Positions 45,844-54,584 of a stretch of 54,584 nt of DNA are shown here, piece after piece (the first letter of the stretch is position 1; each line of letters starts with the position of its first letter). The stretch is from a virus (Duplodnaviria > Caudoviricetes): IMG/VR virus record IMGVR_UViG_3300007512_002354, positions 1 through 54,584 of that record; one strand, 5' to 3'. The position numbers were made by a program, and so were the translations under genes. Below the pieces are notes generated by a model. It was not told the DNA's origin. It was given only the letters and a program-made list of their open reading frames with translations, and searched no databases.

Positions 45844-48344
45844 CAAATGTAAATGAAGTGCTACCCCTACTGAGGGGAAAGCTCAAAGAATATTTGTCAA
45901 TTAAATTAGGTGTTCGCTCCAATGCGCGTAAAATACAATGCTTTGTTCACAACGATGAAAACCCTAGTATGTATTTTAATCCAAAGGCTAACGATGAACT
46001 TGTTAAATGCTTTAGCTGCGGATGGAATGGAGATATTTTTGCAGCTGCAGAACATATAGAAAATCTGCCAAGTTCAGGTCCTACCTGGATTACAGAAACT
46101 ATTCCGCACCTATGCAAGCTTCTAGAGATCCCTATAAAATTGGGAGAACCATCTACTATCGAAAGAGAGAAGATGACTTTCTATAAGCTTGCTCAAGACA
46201 TCACTGATATCTTGTTAGAAAACAGTCCTGAAGATATAGAGTATCTTAAAACTAGAAATTGGGAACAAGACTCAATTGCTATTGGAACCATCAGTGAAGA
46301 TATCCTAATATCTAAACTGGTTAAACTTGGCTGGGACTCCGGAGATATTAATCGCTCTATGCTAATCCGAACGAAGAATTTTTCTTTCTTCGGAGAAGAT
46401 AAAATCACTTTTGTGATTAAAGATTATAGACGGAGACCTATCGGATTTATTACCAAGCCACTTAATGATACAGATACTAGGAAGTATATAAACTCAGCAG
46501 AAAGCCCAATCTATGAAAAAAGCAAAACTCTATTAGGAATAGACAGTGCTCTTACTGAAGCAAAGAAACACGGCCTCTATGTAGTAGAGGGACCTGGTGA
46601 TCTAGCTCAGCTCCATAGGCTTGGCATATATAATTCTGTAGCAGTATGTGGTACCGCTTTTACAGAGCACCATTTACTTCTGCTGAAAAGCTTAGGCATA
46701 CGAAGAGTATTCCTAAACTTTGATTGGGACAATGCGGGGCACATAGCAACTCAAAGAGTACTAGAGAATGTTCTTAAAGCTACAAGCGGAATAACTGCAT
46801 ACATTGTCGTTTCTCCATCAGATAGCTTTGAAAACTATAATGATTTTCCAAAAGATCCTGATGAATATCTAAAGAATACTAAAGATCCAAATGAATACTT
46901 AGAGCTAACTAAGGTAACAGCTTTTGAATGGCAACTTGCTCAAGCTTCAGATAATGATTCTCCAGACATTATCTGTCGAAGAATGATTCCAATCATTGCT
47001 TCAGAGGAAGCAGCTGTAAAAAGAGAGATCCTTATAAAGACCCTCTCAGATTTTACAAACATGTCATTCCAAGCAATAGCAACCGATGTTAGTGCACTAA
47101 GAAGTGACAAGTTTGCTAAAAGAAGAGAGAACCTGGTTACTACGGCAGAACAATATATTCAAGAAGTAGGAGAAGATCCTGACAATATCATGGCTTATCT
47201 TGCTCAACATGAAAAGCGTATTGAAAAGATAGAAAAAGAATTCAATAGAAATACTGTTGGTATAAATTATCAACTAGCAAGGTATGAAGCAACGCAAGAA
47301 AATAGATTGAACCTAGACAATGAAGCCAGTATGAGTACCTTTAAAATGAATTATTTTTCAGAATTCGAAAATGGTATGTCTGGTGGAATGAACTGGGCTA
47401 GTGGCTGCTTAATGTATGTCGGAGGAAGAGCTAACAGTGGTAAAACAGCAACAGTACTAGCGCTAGGATGTGACATTGCTATGTCTGATCCCAATACTAC
47501 TGTAATCATTCATTCGACAGATGACAGTTACGAACAAATAGAACCAAGAATAAAATCTAATTTGTTTGCAATGTCAGAGCCAAATGGAGTGAAACTAAGT
47601 ATTGGAATGATAGTTCAACCTAAAGTTTATCTATCTTCAAAGTCTAAAGCGTTTCACACTGCTTATGAAAATGCTGGAATTCTATTAAAGACTCTACTAA
47701 ATGAAGAAAAACTTGTTATAATAGATGCTGAAGACGGATCAACGTTAACAGTACTTGAAAGACATTTACGCTACTATAGATCAAGATATCCAGGTAGAAA
47801 GATAATGGTAATCTGTGATAATACTCATAATTATATGGACTTTACCAATATGGATCAGACATCTCGCATGACTATGATATCAAACCAGCAAAAAACACTG
47901 GTGGCAAAATACCATGCATGCATGATAGCTACAGCGGAATATCGTAAAAACATGCCGATGGATTATTCAAAGTTTAAACTTCCTGTTGACGATGATCTTG
48001 CTGATGCAAGAGCATTAATGTATAGACCTAATGTTATTTTCCATGTATACAATGACTTACACGATAGAAAGGAACATGCTGAAATCTTCTGGACAGCAGA
48101 AGATGGAAAGACATGTCCACGACTTCTATTGCACTTTACAAAGAATAAAATATCGAGCTTTAAAGAGAAAATAGTATTAGATCTTGACCCAATCACCGTA
48201 GCTTTAAGACCTCGGGTAACTCAAGAAGCTTTAGCAGAAGCTGAAACTTTTAGAGACTTGAAAACCCAAGGACGTGCTAAACTGGTTGACAACAGTGTTG
48301 TATACTCAGCAACTGAGTATGAAGAACAAGAATATGGAGTATAA
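45834..48344 (+). CDS. Primase-helicase fusion (DnaG-type primase plus DnaB-like helicase)
   Basis: CFVH...CFSC zinc finger, KYINSAES, TOPRIM VEGPGD and FDWDNAG, KDPDE; Walker A GRANSGKT. Confidence 0.9.
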   Translation: MYITNVNEVLPLLRGKLKEYLSIKLGVRSNARKIQCFVHNDENPSMYFNPKANDELVKCFSCGWNGDIFAAAEHIENLPSSGPTWITETIPHLCKLLEIPIKLGEPSTIEREKMTFYKLAQDITDILLENSPEDIEYLKTRNWEQDSIAIGTISEDILISKLVKLGWDSGDINRSMLIRTKNFSFFGEDKITFVIKDYRRRPIGFITKPLNDTDTRKYINSAESPIYEKSKTLLGIDSALTEAKKHGLYVVEGPGDLAQLHRLGIYNSVAVCGTAFTEHHLLLLKSLGIRRVFLNFDWDNAGHIATQRVLENVLKATSGITAYIVVSPSDSFENYNDFPKDPDEYLKNTKDPNEYLELTKVTAFEWQLAQASDNDSPDIICRRMIPIIASEEAAVKREILIKTLSDFTNMSFQAIATDVSALRSDKFAKRRENLVTTAEQYIQEVGEDPDNIMAYLAQHEKRIEKIEKEFNRNTVGINYQLARYEATQENRLNLDNEASMSTFKMNYFSEFENGMSGGMNWASGCLMYVGGRANSGKTATVLALGCDIAMSDPNTTVIIHSTDDSYEQIEPRIKSNLFAMSEPNGVKLSIGMIVQPKVYLSSKSKAFHTAYENAGILLKTLLNEEKLVIIDAEDGSTLTVLERHLRYYRSRYPGRKIMVICDNTHNYMDFTNMDQTSRMTMISNQQKTLVAKYHACMIATAEYRKNMPMDYSKFKLPVDDDLADARALMYRPNVIFHVYNDLHDRKEHAEIFWTAEDGKTCPRLLLHFTKNKISSFKEKIVLDLDPITVALRPRVTQEALAEAETFRDLKTQGRAKLVDNSVVYSATEYEEQEYGV

Positions 48345-48818
48345 ATGTCAGATGGAATAACAGACATGTATCGAAGTGGTATGATTACCAGTTCGTGGTC
48401 TAGTGGTCGTAAGAGTGACGAGCCAGTGGTAACCCCACTGGCCGTCACAGGTCACAACCGTGGAAAAAGCGGTTATAGCGGAAACGTGCACCCTGGATAT
48501 ATCCCCAAAACTTGGGGAGAAGAAAGAATATATCAAAACAACGATAAGTATTGCTGTAAACTACTAATCATAGAACCCCTTAAGTCTACTTCTATGCACT
48601 TTCATCTTGACAAACATGAAACAATGCTAGTGGTTGAAGGCGTTCTTGCTATTGATTATATTGTAAACAAAGAAAAGAAAACTCAAATGGTAGAAGCGTA
48701 TAATGCTTTCACCATTGCCCCCGGCCTTCCACACTCACTAAGAGCCTTGGAAAAAGAAGTTAGACTAGTAGAATCCTCTACACCATCACATGATGAAGAC
48801 TCAATAAGGATAAAATAA
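48345..48818 (+). CDS. Cupin-domain protein, sugar-isomerase-like
   Basis: PKTWGEE, SMHFHLDKHET, PGLPH, ESST..DEDSIR. Confidence 0.85.
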   Translation: MSDGITDMYRSGMITSSWSSGRKSDEPVVTPLAVTGHNRGKSGYSGNVHPGYIPKTWGEERIYQNNDKYCCKLLIIEPLKSTSMHFHLDKHETMLVVEGVLAIDYIVNKEKKTQMVEAYNAFTIAPGLPHSLRALEKEVRLVESSTPSHDEDSIRIK

Positions 48819-48819
48819 A

Positions 48820-49119
48820 ATGGATGATAACAGCTTAGGTATCTATGTTGTAAAAGAAAAAACCTTTTACTATCTCGAATCTGGAAAAGTATACATAAGA
48901 AATACTGTCGACAGGTTAAAGAGGGTTCTGTCTCAAAGACAACTGATAGAATTTTCACAACACGATTATCTAAATACAAACGATTATAAAGTGATGTCAT
49001 GCAGAGATGCAAAAATTGACGATCTAGAAATGAAAGCAATCTATGTTTCAAAACATGTACAAGAGTCAATGGAGAAGCAAAAAGCCGAAGAAAGCGAGAA
49101 GAAATCTTCCTGGGGATAA
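48820..49119 (+). CDS. Hypothetical protein
   Basis: 99-aa ORF in a tight gene string. Confidence 0.6.
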   Translation: MDDNSLGIYVVKEKTFYYLESGKVYIRNTVDRLKRVLSQRQLIEFSQHDYLNTNDYKVMSCRDAKIDDLEMKAIYVSKHVQESMEKQKAEESEKKSSWG

Positions 49120-49122
49120 GCC

Positions 49123-50004
49123 ATGGGTACACTTACCAAGCTTTTAGGTGAATTTAAATCACTAGCTATACTAGTATTTATTTTAATTCTATGCTTTGCT
49201 TCTGGATTCTTTCTTTCAGATTGTCAGTCTGGAAATAAGTATAATTCACTATTAACAAATTACACAGATGTTAGCGATCAACTAACTGTAAGCAAGAATA
49301 GAGTTCAATCTCTAGACGTAGCCTTGCGAGGCAAAGATGAAGAAGCACAAGAGCTTCGGAATATTATTGCTAGCTTTGAAGATCGCCCAGCTGAAATAAG
49401 GTATATAGTAAAAACAGAAACAATTATTGAGGGGAGCACTGAGGTGGTAGTTGAATTACCACCGAACTATCTTCACAGATTGGAGAATGGCTTACCAGTC
49501 GCAAGCTTTCTGCAAAGTGTAGGAGAAAATAGCAATGACGATTACCAATATGAATTTACTACATTCGACTTAACATTTAATACCAATGTGATTGTCTCTG
49601 AAGACGAAACAGCAGTCATGCTTGCTGCTACCTCTTCTCATGAGCCAGGACAAACGTATAATATACCAGTACAAAGCGTTGACGTAACCAGAATAAGAGA
49701 GCATAAAATATTTGAACCTCACTTACTGGTAGGCATGACAGTACCTATAGAGTTTGCTCCTCCCGCTGTAGATGCAACAGCATCGTTTGCTGTATCCTTC
49801 TTCCATCCTGTTGAGGAGGTTGATCTACTCGCTCCAAGAATTTCGTTTAATAATAAACAATTCAGAATAGGCTTAGATGTCGTTGGCTACAACCTTGGGC
49901 ATAAAATTCCAATAATTACAGACCTTTGGGTTAGCGCAGGAACATCCATAGCGATAGGTGATCAATATCCTAGCCTAGATATCAGTATAGGGAGTAAATT
50001 CTGA
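49123..50004 (+). CDS. Membrane-anchored protein: TM segment, coiled coil, beta-rich C-terminus ending in Phe
   Basis: Hydrophobic N-terminus, heptad region, alternating beta-strand pattern, ends DISIGSKF. Confidence 0.7.
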   Translation: MGTLTKLLGEFKSLAILVFILILCFASGFFLSDCQSGNKYNSLLTNYTDVSDQLTVSKNRVQSLDVALRGKDEEAQELRNIIASFEDRPAEIRYIVKTETIIEGSTEVVVELPPNYLHRLENGLPVASFLQSVGENSNDDYQYEFTTFDLTFNTNVIVSEDETAVMLAATSSHEPGQTYNIPVQSVDVTRIREHKIFEPHLLVGMTVPIEFAPPAVDATASFAVSFFHPVEEVDLLAPRISFNNKQFRIGLDVVGYNLGHKIPIITDLWVSAGTSIAIGDQYPSLDISIGSKF

Positions 50005-50768
50005 TCAATGATATACCATCTACTGCCGGGAAAATTTTAAATGAAGAAGACATCAGGGCCTTTGCGAAGTGTTCTGAATTCTATCATTTAGGTGGTCGCG
50101 TTCGGCAATCTTTTCCCTTGAGGGTAGTGAAGAATACAATTGAAAGACTTACTATATTACACATACGGGGGAAACTCAAAGATCCACTAAGAGACCTCCA
50201 TTCAACATTATTGTCTGCGATAACAGATGAAAATAAAACAGAACAACTCCTTGAACCTCAGTTAAATAGGTATATGCATACCTGCTTACTTTGGCTTAAG
50301 GAGTTTTTTAATATATTTAGCTTCAATACATACATTCCAGTTTATGGTCCTCTTAAGCCGAAGATAAAAATATCTAAGACCCCCATGCAGTTGGACATAT
50401 CAGGCGTTTACCGATCCAAAAAGAATCAAACTTTACACATCATAACTTTTGCCACATATAATAGTGAACACTCAATGATAAATGATCCGACCCTACACCT
50501 AAAGTTAAACATAATAAAACCATTAGTAAAAGAACACACAAGTAGTGGGAGACCTCAAGCGGTAATTCATTCTTTTGGCTACGGAAAGAATGATAATCTT
50601 AATTATTATTCTTTGCAGTCAGACAAGGCAGATAACAACTTCATAAAAATGATAGAACTATTAGTGAAACAAATAGAAGATGGTTATCACTTTCCAGTGA
50701 TACCATGTAACCATAGATGTAAGTATAAGTCTGTATGCTTTCCTAAAAATTGGAAGAACAATGAGTAA
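50001..50768 (+). CDS. PD-(D/E)XK-like protein, probably degenerate; possible CTG start
   Basis: Frame open from 49998; I..F..C...Y near the N-terminus and C-terminal PC...CKYKSVC. Confidence 0.55.
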   Translation: MINDIPSTAGKILNEEDIRAFAKCSEFYHLGGRVRQSFPLRVVKNTIERLTILHIRGKLKDPLRDLHSTLLSAITDENKTEQLLEPQLNRYMHTCLLWLKEFFNIFSFNTYIPVYGPLKPKIKISKTPMQLDISGVYRSKKNQTLHIITFATYNSEHSMINDPTLHLKLNIIKPLVKEHTSSGRPQAVIHSFGYGKNDNLNYYSLQSDKADNNFIKMIELLVKQIEDGYHFPVIPCNHRCKYKSVCFPKNWKNNE

Positions 50769-51072
50769 AGCTTTTGGCACCGACTTCGTCATTATAAATG
50801 ACGTTCAACAAATCTTAAATCCAAAAGTATTTGGTGGTGGACCTTGGATACACCTAGCTACAATAGTTAGGGGTTTCAAAGAGTATATGTGCTTTAAACA
50901 CCAGCCAACAGAATTGGTGTACATAGAAGAGGTAGATCCAACTCATCCTACGCTCTTGAAAAAAATACAAGACCAAACAGAATTTAAAGACCTGGAAGAG
51001 TTTCTAACTCTGAGAGGCATCCTTGCAATCGCAAAAGACAAGGAGTTTAAAGTTGCAACAAAAAAGGACTAG
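50761..51072 (+). CDS. Hypothetical protein
   Basis: 103-aa ORF overlapping neighbours. Confidence 0.65.
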   Translation: MSKAFGTDFVIINDVQQILNPKVFGGGPWIHLATIVRGFKEYMCFKHQPTELVYIEEVDPTHPTLLKKIQDQTEFKDLEEFLTLRGILAIAKDKEFKVATKKD

Positions 51073-51487
51073 CTGGAAAACTCAGTACCAGCAGATTGAG
51101 TCTGCTTCAGACTTTCACGAAGCAGTAAGACAAATATTTATCTCTGATCCCTTTTTTAAAAACTTAAACTGCTTTCAAGAAGTTCCCGTGTCTGCCTTAG
51201 TCGAAACTTATGGAGACAACAGGCATCATATTGACTGGTACATAGATGAATTGGGAACTGTGATAGAATTACATGGAGAACAACATTATAAGATGACTAA
51301 CTTCGGTAATATATCTTATGAGAAAGCAGAGAAAGCATTTAATCAAATGAAGTATAGAGATAATCAAAAGAAATACGCAATAATTGATGCAGGCTATGAA
51401 TACCGTGAAATCAATTATAAGCTAAAAAGAAAGCTCAGCTCTGAGCTTTTAAAAGAAATTATATTCCAAGGGAGTAACCATGGATAA
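51023..51487 (+). CDS. Vsr/DUF559-like endonuclease-fold protein
   Basis: QE ... HIDWYI ... IELHGEQH ... RDNQK. Confidence 0.75.
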   Translation: MQSQKTRSLKLQQKRTSWKTQYQQIESASDFHEAVRQIFISDPFFKNLNCFQEVPVSALVETYGDNRHHIDWYIDELGTVIELHGEQHYKMTNFGNISYEKAEKAFNQMKYRDNQKKYAIIDAGYEYREINYKLKRKLSSELLKEIIFQGSNHG

Positions 51488-52100
51488 TGAGCCTACTGAG
51501 AGTATGGTAGCAGTTCCAATGTTTGAGGCGTGGTCGCCAGGAGATATTCTATATTTTGGACCATCGTCTAGATCCATTGCAGTATTTGGACAGATAGGTA
51601 CAGAATTGGTACTACCAGTTATTTCCCAAATATTAGAACTAGACGGAAGAGAAAGTAGTGAGCCAATACGTATACATGTGAATACAGAAGGGGGAAGTTT
51701 GTCCGATGGCTTTGCCGTTTATGACGCAGCAAGATCTGTTAAGTCACCTATTGTGACCATAGCTACAGGGCTATGTGCTTCTGCAGGACTACTAATCCTC
51801 GCTGCAGGCGACTTGAGGCTTGCAACAGAATCAACAGTATTCTTTTACCATCAAGCAATTCTTCCATCCGATGGCTTTCAGTCTATAGCTCAATTAGATG
51901 CTACAGCAGAAGGCTATCAGATAGCACAGCAAAGTTATGATAATGTTATCATGGGTAGAAACAAGATAAAGAAAACAGTATGGAAGAAAGAGTTCGAAGG
52001 AAAAACAGCTAAATACTTTAATGCGCAACAAGCGTTAGAGTACGGTATAATTAATGGTATCATTCCAAATAACAAAAAGAAGAAAGTTCCAGGAGTTTAA
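51480..52100 (+). CDS. clpP: ClpP-family protease homologue
   Basis: IHVNTEGGS, AVYD, GLCASAG (Ser), YHQ (His), YFNAQQALEYGII. Confidence 0.88.
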   Translation: MDNEPTESMVAVPMFEAWSPGDILYFGPSSRSIAVFGQIGTELVLPVISQILELDGRESSEPIRIHVNTEGGSLSDGFAVYDAARSVKSPIVTIATGLCASAGLLILAAGDLRLATESTVFFYHQAILPSDGFQSIAQLDATAEGYQIAQQSYDNVIMGRNKIKKTVWKKEFEGKTAKYFNAQQALEYGIINGIIPNNKKKKVPGV

Positions 52101-52101
52101 A

Positions 52102-52449
52102 ATGGCATCAAGAGGAAGAGGCGCCCGCATAAAGGGAGCAAACTTCGAACGAGAACTAGCACGGATAATCTCTGAGAAAACACCCCTGGAAGCAAGGCGT
52201 GGCCTTGCTCAAACTAGGGGTGGAGGTGCAGAAGTTTCAGATGTAGAGATACAGTATATACACATCGAGGCCAAGAGGCACAAGCGCTGTAATATCAAAT
52301 CAGCACTCGAACAGGCTATTAATGATTCTAAAGTTAATGGTAAGATACCTGTAGCAATAACAAAGGACGATAGAAAAGAGATTCTGTGTACCATGTTGCT
52401 TAAAGATTGGATTGAACTGTTTAACGCTTTTATAGAAAAGAAAACCTAA
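52102..52449 (+). CDS. Hjc-like Holliday junction resolvase
   Basis: KGANFERELA, SDV, IEAKR, QA; AGGAG RBS. Confidence 0.8.
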   Translation: MASRGRGARIKGANFERELARIISEKTPLEARRGLAQTRGGGAEVSDVEIQYIHIEAKRHKRCNIKSALEQAINDSKVNGKIPVAITKDDRKEILCTMLLKDWIELFNAFIEKKT

Positions 52450-53126
52450 TGTATAAAACCCTCCCAAAAAATATGAGATCACTACCACTTACTGTGGACG
52501 GGAGGGTATTCTCTGAAGAATGGTTAAAATGTATAGGCGATCCTAAATCAGACCTAACCAAACTAATAGAAATGATGAAGCCAGTGTTTATCCACTGGGA
52601 GAAAAAACTCTTGTCATTAGACTTGAGTGATGATATAAACTATTTAACTTTGTGTAAATTAATTTCATTAAATCTTGATGAAGCACTAAAACATATTAAT
52701 ATTTGGATTGAGTGGGCTGTAAACACTTCGAGCATACAAGAAGAACTAGAATATATTTTCATACAAAGAATGCGAAAATTTAAATATAAACCAGCTCTTG
52801 CTAAGCCTGGTATGATAGAATATATTGTTGCTAGAGACTTCAAATTGGGTATACATCATCATATGAGATCCATAAACAGACTGGCGACCAGAGACGCTCT
52901 GTTTACTGCAGAAAGCTTGGAAGACTACGATATTATTGATGAAGTTGATTTTCCAGACTTTTTTCTGTTAGAAACAATAAAGGGAAATGACTGGAATTCA
53001 TATTTATTTCATATGATCGCAAATGGTTATACATCTACAGAAAGATCTCAAATCGTAAAAATTCATAGAAGAAATCTTTATAAAGAGGAACAACAAATAT
53101 GGCAATTACTAAAGCAGAAGCTATAA
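52449..53126 (+). CDS. Hypothetical protein with possible C-terminal HTH
   Basis: GYTSTERSQIVKIHRRNLYK near the C-terminus. Confidence 0.55.
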   Translation: MYKTLPKNMRSLPLTVDGRVFSEEWLKCIGDPKSDLTKLIEMMKPVFIHWEKKLLSLDLSDDINYLTLCKLISLNLDEALKHINIWIEWAVNTSSIQEELEYIFIQRMRKFKYKPALAKPGMIEYIVARDFKLGIHHHMRSINRLATRDALFTAESLEDYDIIDEVDFPDFFLLETIKGNDWNSYLFHMIANGYTSTERSQIVKIHRRNLYKEEQQIWQLLKQKL

Positions 53127-53593
53127 AACAATTAGGAACTGGCAATCTAAGCAACCAGGAATCACTCGTTAAGAAGATTCAAGGTCGTGAAGCGATTAAG
53201 CCGGTCAAGCGAACTATACCTGGTGGCAAGCATATGACTGAGTCTCTAGATAAAACTACACTACCTAACGCTGTCTATACCTGGCTAAGACACTGCAGGC
53301 ACTTTACAGAAGGCACTGTATCTTTATGCACAGACTACACAGCACACAAAACTAAGAGAACTAGAGTAGTAGACTTTGATCCAAATTCAAGAAATGCTGA
53401 ATGGGAACTCAGAGGAAAGCGATGGCTTGCAGAGCGAGTAGCCGAAGTACTATACATGGATAACGTCCTAGCTGTAGTAATTGAACGTGAAGGCCTCTAC
53501 GGTATCTTCGATACGGAAAAAAAGTTTAACTCTAAGAGCGAAGACTGGGAGCCATACGTAGAGTTAATTCCCTTTAAGCCGCCCACATTCTAA
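53099..53593 (+). CDS. Hypothetical protein
   Basis: GAGG RBS, 164 aa. Confidence 0.7.
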   Translation: MAITKAEAIKQLGTGNLSNQESLVKKIQGREAIKPVKRTIPGGKHMTESLDKTTLPNAVYTWLRHCRHFTEGTVSLCTDYTAHKTKRTRVVDFDPNSRNAEWELRGKRWLAERVAEVLYMDNVLAVVIEREGLYGIFDTEKKFNSKSEDWEPYVELIPFKPPTF

Positions 53594-53602
53594 GGAAAAA
53601 CA

Positions 53603-53890
53603 ATGAACAGAATACAAACGGAAAAACTTCTCAATAAATTAAAACGAGACCTTCGAGATGCTCAAGAGCAGCTAGCAGAAGCTGGTGACAACAGCGAACT
53701 CGAAAGAGAAGTAGAAAAACTCAAATCTCAGCTAAGAGCATCAAAGTCTCAAGTAACTAAACTTTCTAAAGAACGCGACAAGCTAAAACAAGAGCGTGAC
53801 GATCTCAAGAGAGGGGCTGCTAAGGCAGAAGCTTCTCTTGAAGCTTTACTGTTGGATCAGGCCAAGGCTGAAGGTGATGAGTCAAAGTAA
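53603..53890 (+). CDS. Coiled-coil protein
   Basis: Heptad pattern, AAGGA RBS. Confidence 0.65.
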   Translation: MNRIQTEKLLNKLKRDLRDAQEQLAEAGDNSELEREVEKLKSQLRASKSQVTKLSKERDKLKQERDDLKRGAAKAEASLEALLLDQAKAEGDESK

Positions 53891-54025
53891 GTTACTAGAT
53901 GAGTTGAGAAGAGAAATTCAAGCTCTAAAAAAGGAAAACGAGCAACTACAAAAGGTGCTTGCTGTCCTGCAATCTAGGTTAGACGAGAAGAAGAATGATT
54001 CTTCTCGTCTAATTTTTAGAGACTA

Positions 54026-54584
54026 ATGATATCTTTTACTAATAAGTTTGTGTACCACCACGTACCCAAGTGTGGTGGTACTAGTGTCGAGAATGCTCTC
54101 TCAGACTACTGGCCTGTGGTGCACAATACTGGAATGAAAAAGCTCAACAAATGGAGAACTGGTGAAGTCTGGACAATTAATTTTCAGCACGCCTTACCTG
54201 AAGAAATACTAGGTTATTTTCCAGAAACAAAAGACTTCAAGTCCTTTACTACTGTTCGAAATCCCTGGTCAAGAATGGTGTCTTATTTCTATCATCTTAA
54301 AAGGCTGTTAAGAATTAGAGAAGACGTAACCTTTGATGAATTTGTTGAGATTTTAGCTAATGAAGCAAGAACCAAAGCCAGATATCAGGTGGGTCACTTT
54401 GGAAACGTCCATTGTCCAGCTGACTTTATCATGCCCTATACAGACTGGTTCTCTGAGAGGGAGCCAGACATGTACGTTCGACTTGAAGGGCTTAGTGAGG
54501 GGTTCGATGTTGTATGCGACTACATTGATGTAGAAAAAACAACTCTGCCGCACTTAAATAAAACTGACCATAAGCATTATTCTA
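54026..54584 (+). CDS. Sulfotransferase-family protein, 3'-truncated (absent from the ORF track)
   Basis: My translation: MISFTNKFVYHHVPKCGGTSVE ... FTTVRNPWSRMVSYF, matching PAPS-binding motifs. Confidence 0.85.
   Translation, partial: MISFTNKFVYHHVPKCGGTSVENALSDYWPVVHNTGMKKLNKWRTGEVWTINFQHALPEEILGYFPETKDFKSFTTVRNPWSRMVSYFYHLKRLLRIREDVTFDEFVEILANEARTKARYQVGHFGNVHCPADFIMPYTDWFSEREPDMYVRLEGLSEGFDVVCDYIDVEKTTLPHLNKTDHKHYS

Noticed and set aside
52449-53126. Phage sigma factor
   Set aside because: Only a weak HTH-like C-terminus; no recognisable region 2. Needs a profile search.
1-54584. Stop-codon reassignment
   Set aside because: Long conserved genes translate intact in the standard code, and TAA, TAG and TGA all end genes.
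1-54584. Bacterial chromosome segment
   Set aside because: Housekeeping-like genes are isolated from their usual operons and mixed with many tiny unknown ORFs, a primase-helicase fusion and fibre-like genes, which fits a large phage better.

Overview
AT-rich, gene-dense window read in the standard genetic code, almost entirely on the + strand. It looks like part of a large dsDNA bacteriophage genome: the early/accessory and DNA-metabolism region. Recognisable genes include ThyX, a class II ribonucleotide reductase, dCMP deaminase, a GMP reductase/IMPDH-family enzyme, a MazG-like pyrophosphatase, SSB, RNase H, UDG, RecA, PhoH, a primase-helicase fusion, several PD-(D/E)XK nucleases, NifU/IscA Fe-S proteins and two tRNAs (Lys-UUU, Arg-UCU). 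I recognised no capsid, terminase or integrase gene, so the phage call is an inference. Two loci stand out. (1) 18.2-23.4 kb is a co-oriented cluster resembling a ubiquitin-like conjugation system: a 975-aa protein with an E2-like HPH...CLG motif, a JAB/JAMM peptidase probably extended by a -1 slip at an A9 run, an E1/ThiF enzyme and a small ubiquitin-like protein ending KG-N. A protease-less Lon ATPase ending in IGF and a ClpP homologue lie elsewhere in the window. (2) 33.8-41.2 kb is a DnaE polymerase in three pieces. One break carries a cyanobacterial-type split intein, the other has no intein motifs, and virion-like genes rather than a homing endonuclease sit between the pieces. Also seen: a family of C-TTAC-G hairpins, a recurrent YxPY peptide motif, a Whirly-like protein, a ~50-bp dispersed repeat and a tRNA 3'-end remnant. 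All assignments are from motifs read by eye; no searches were run.
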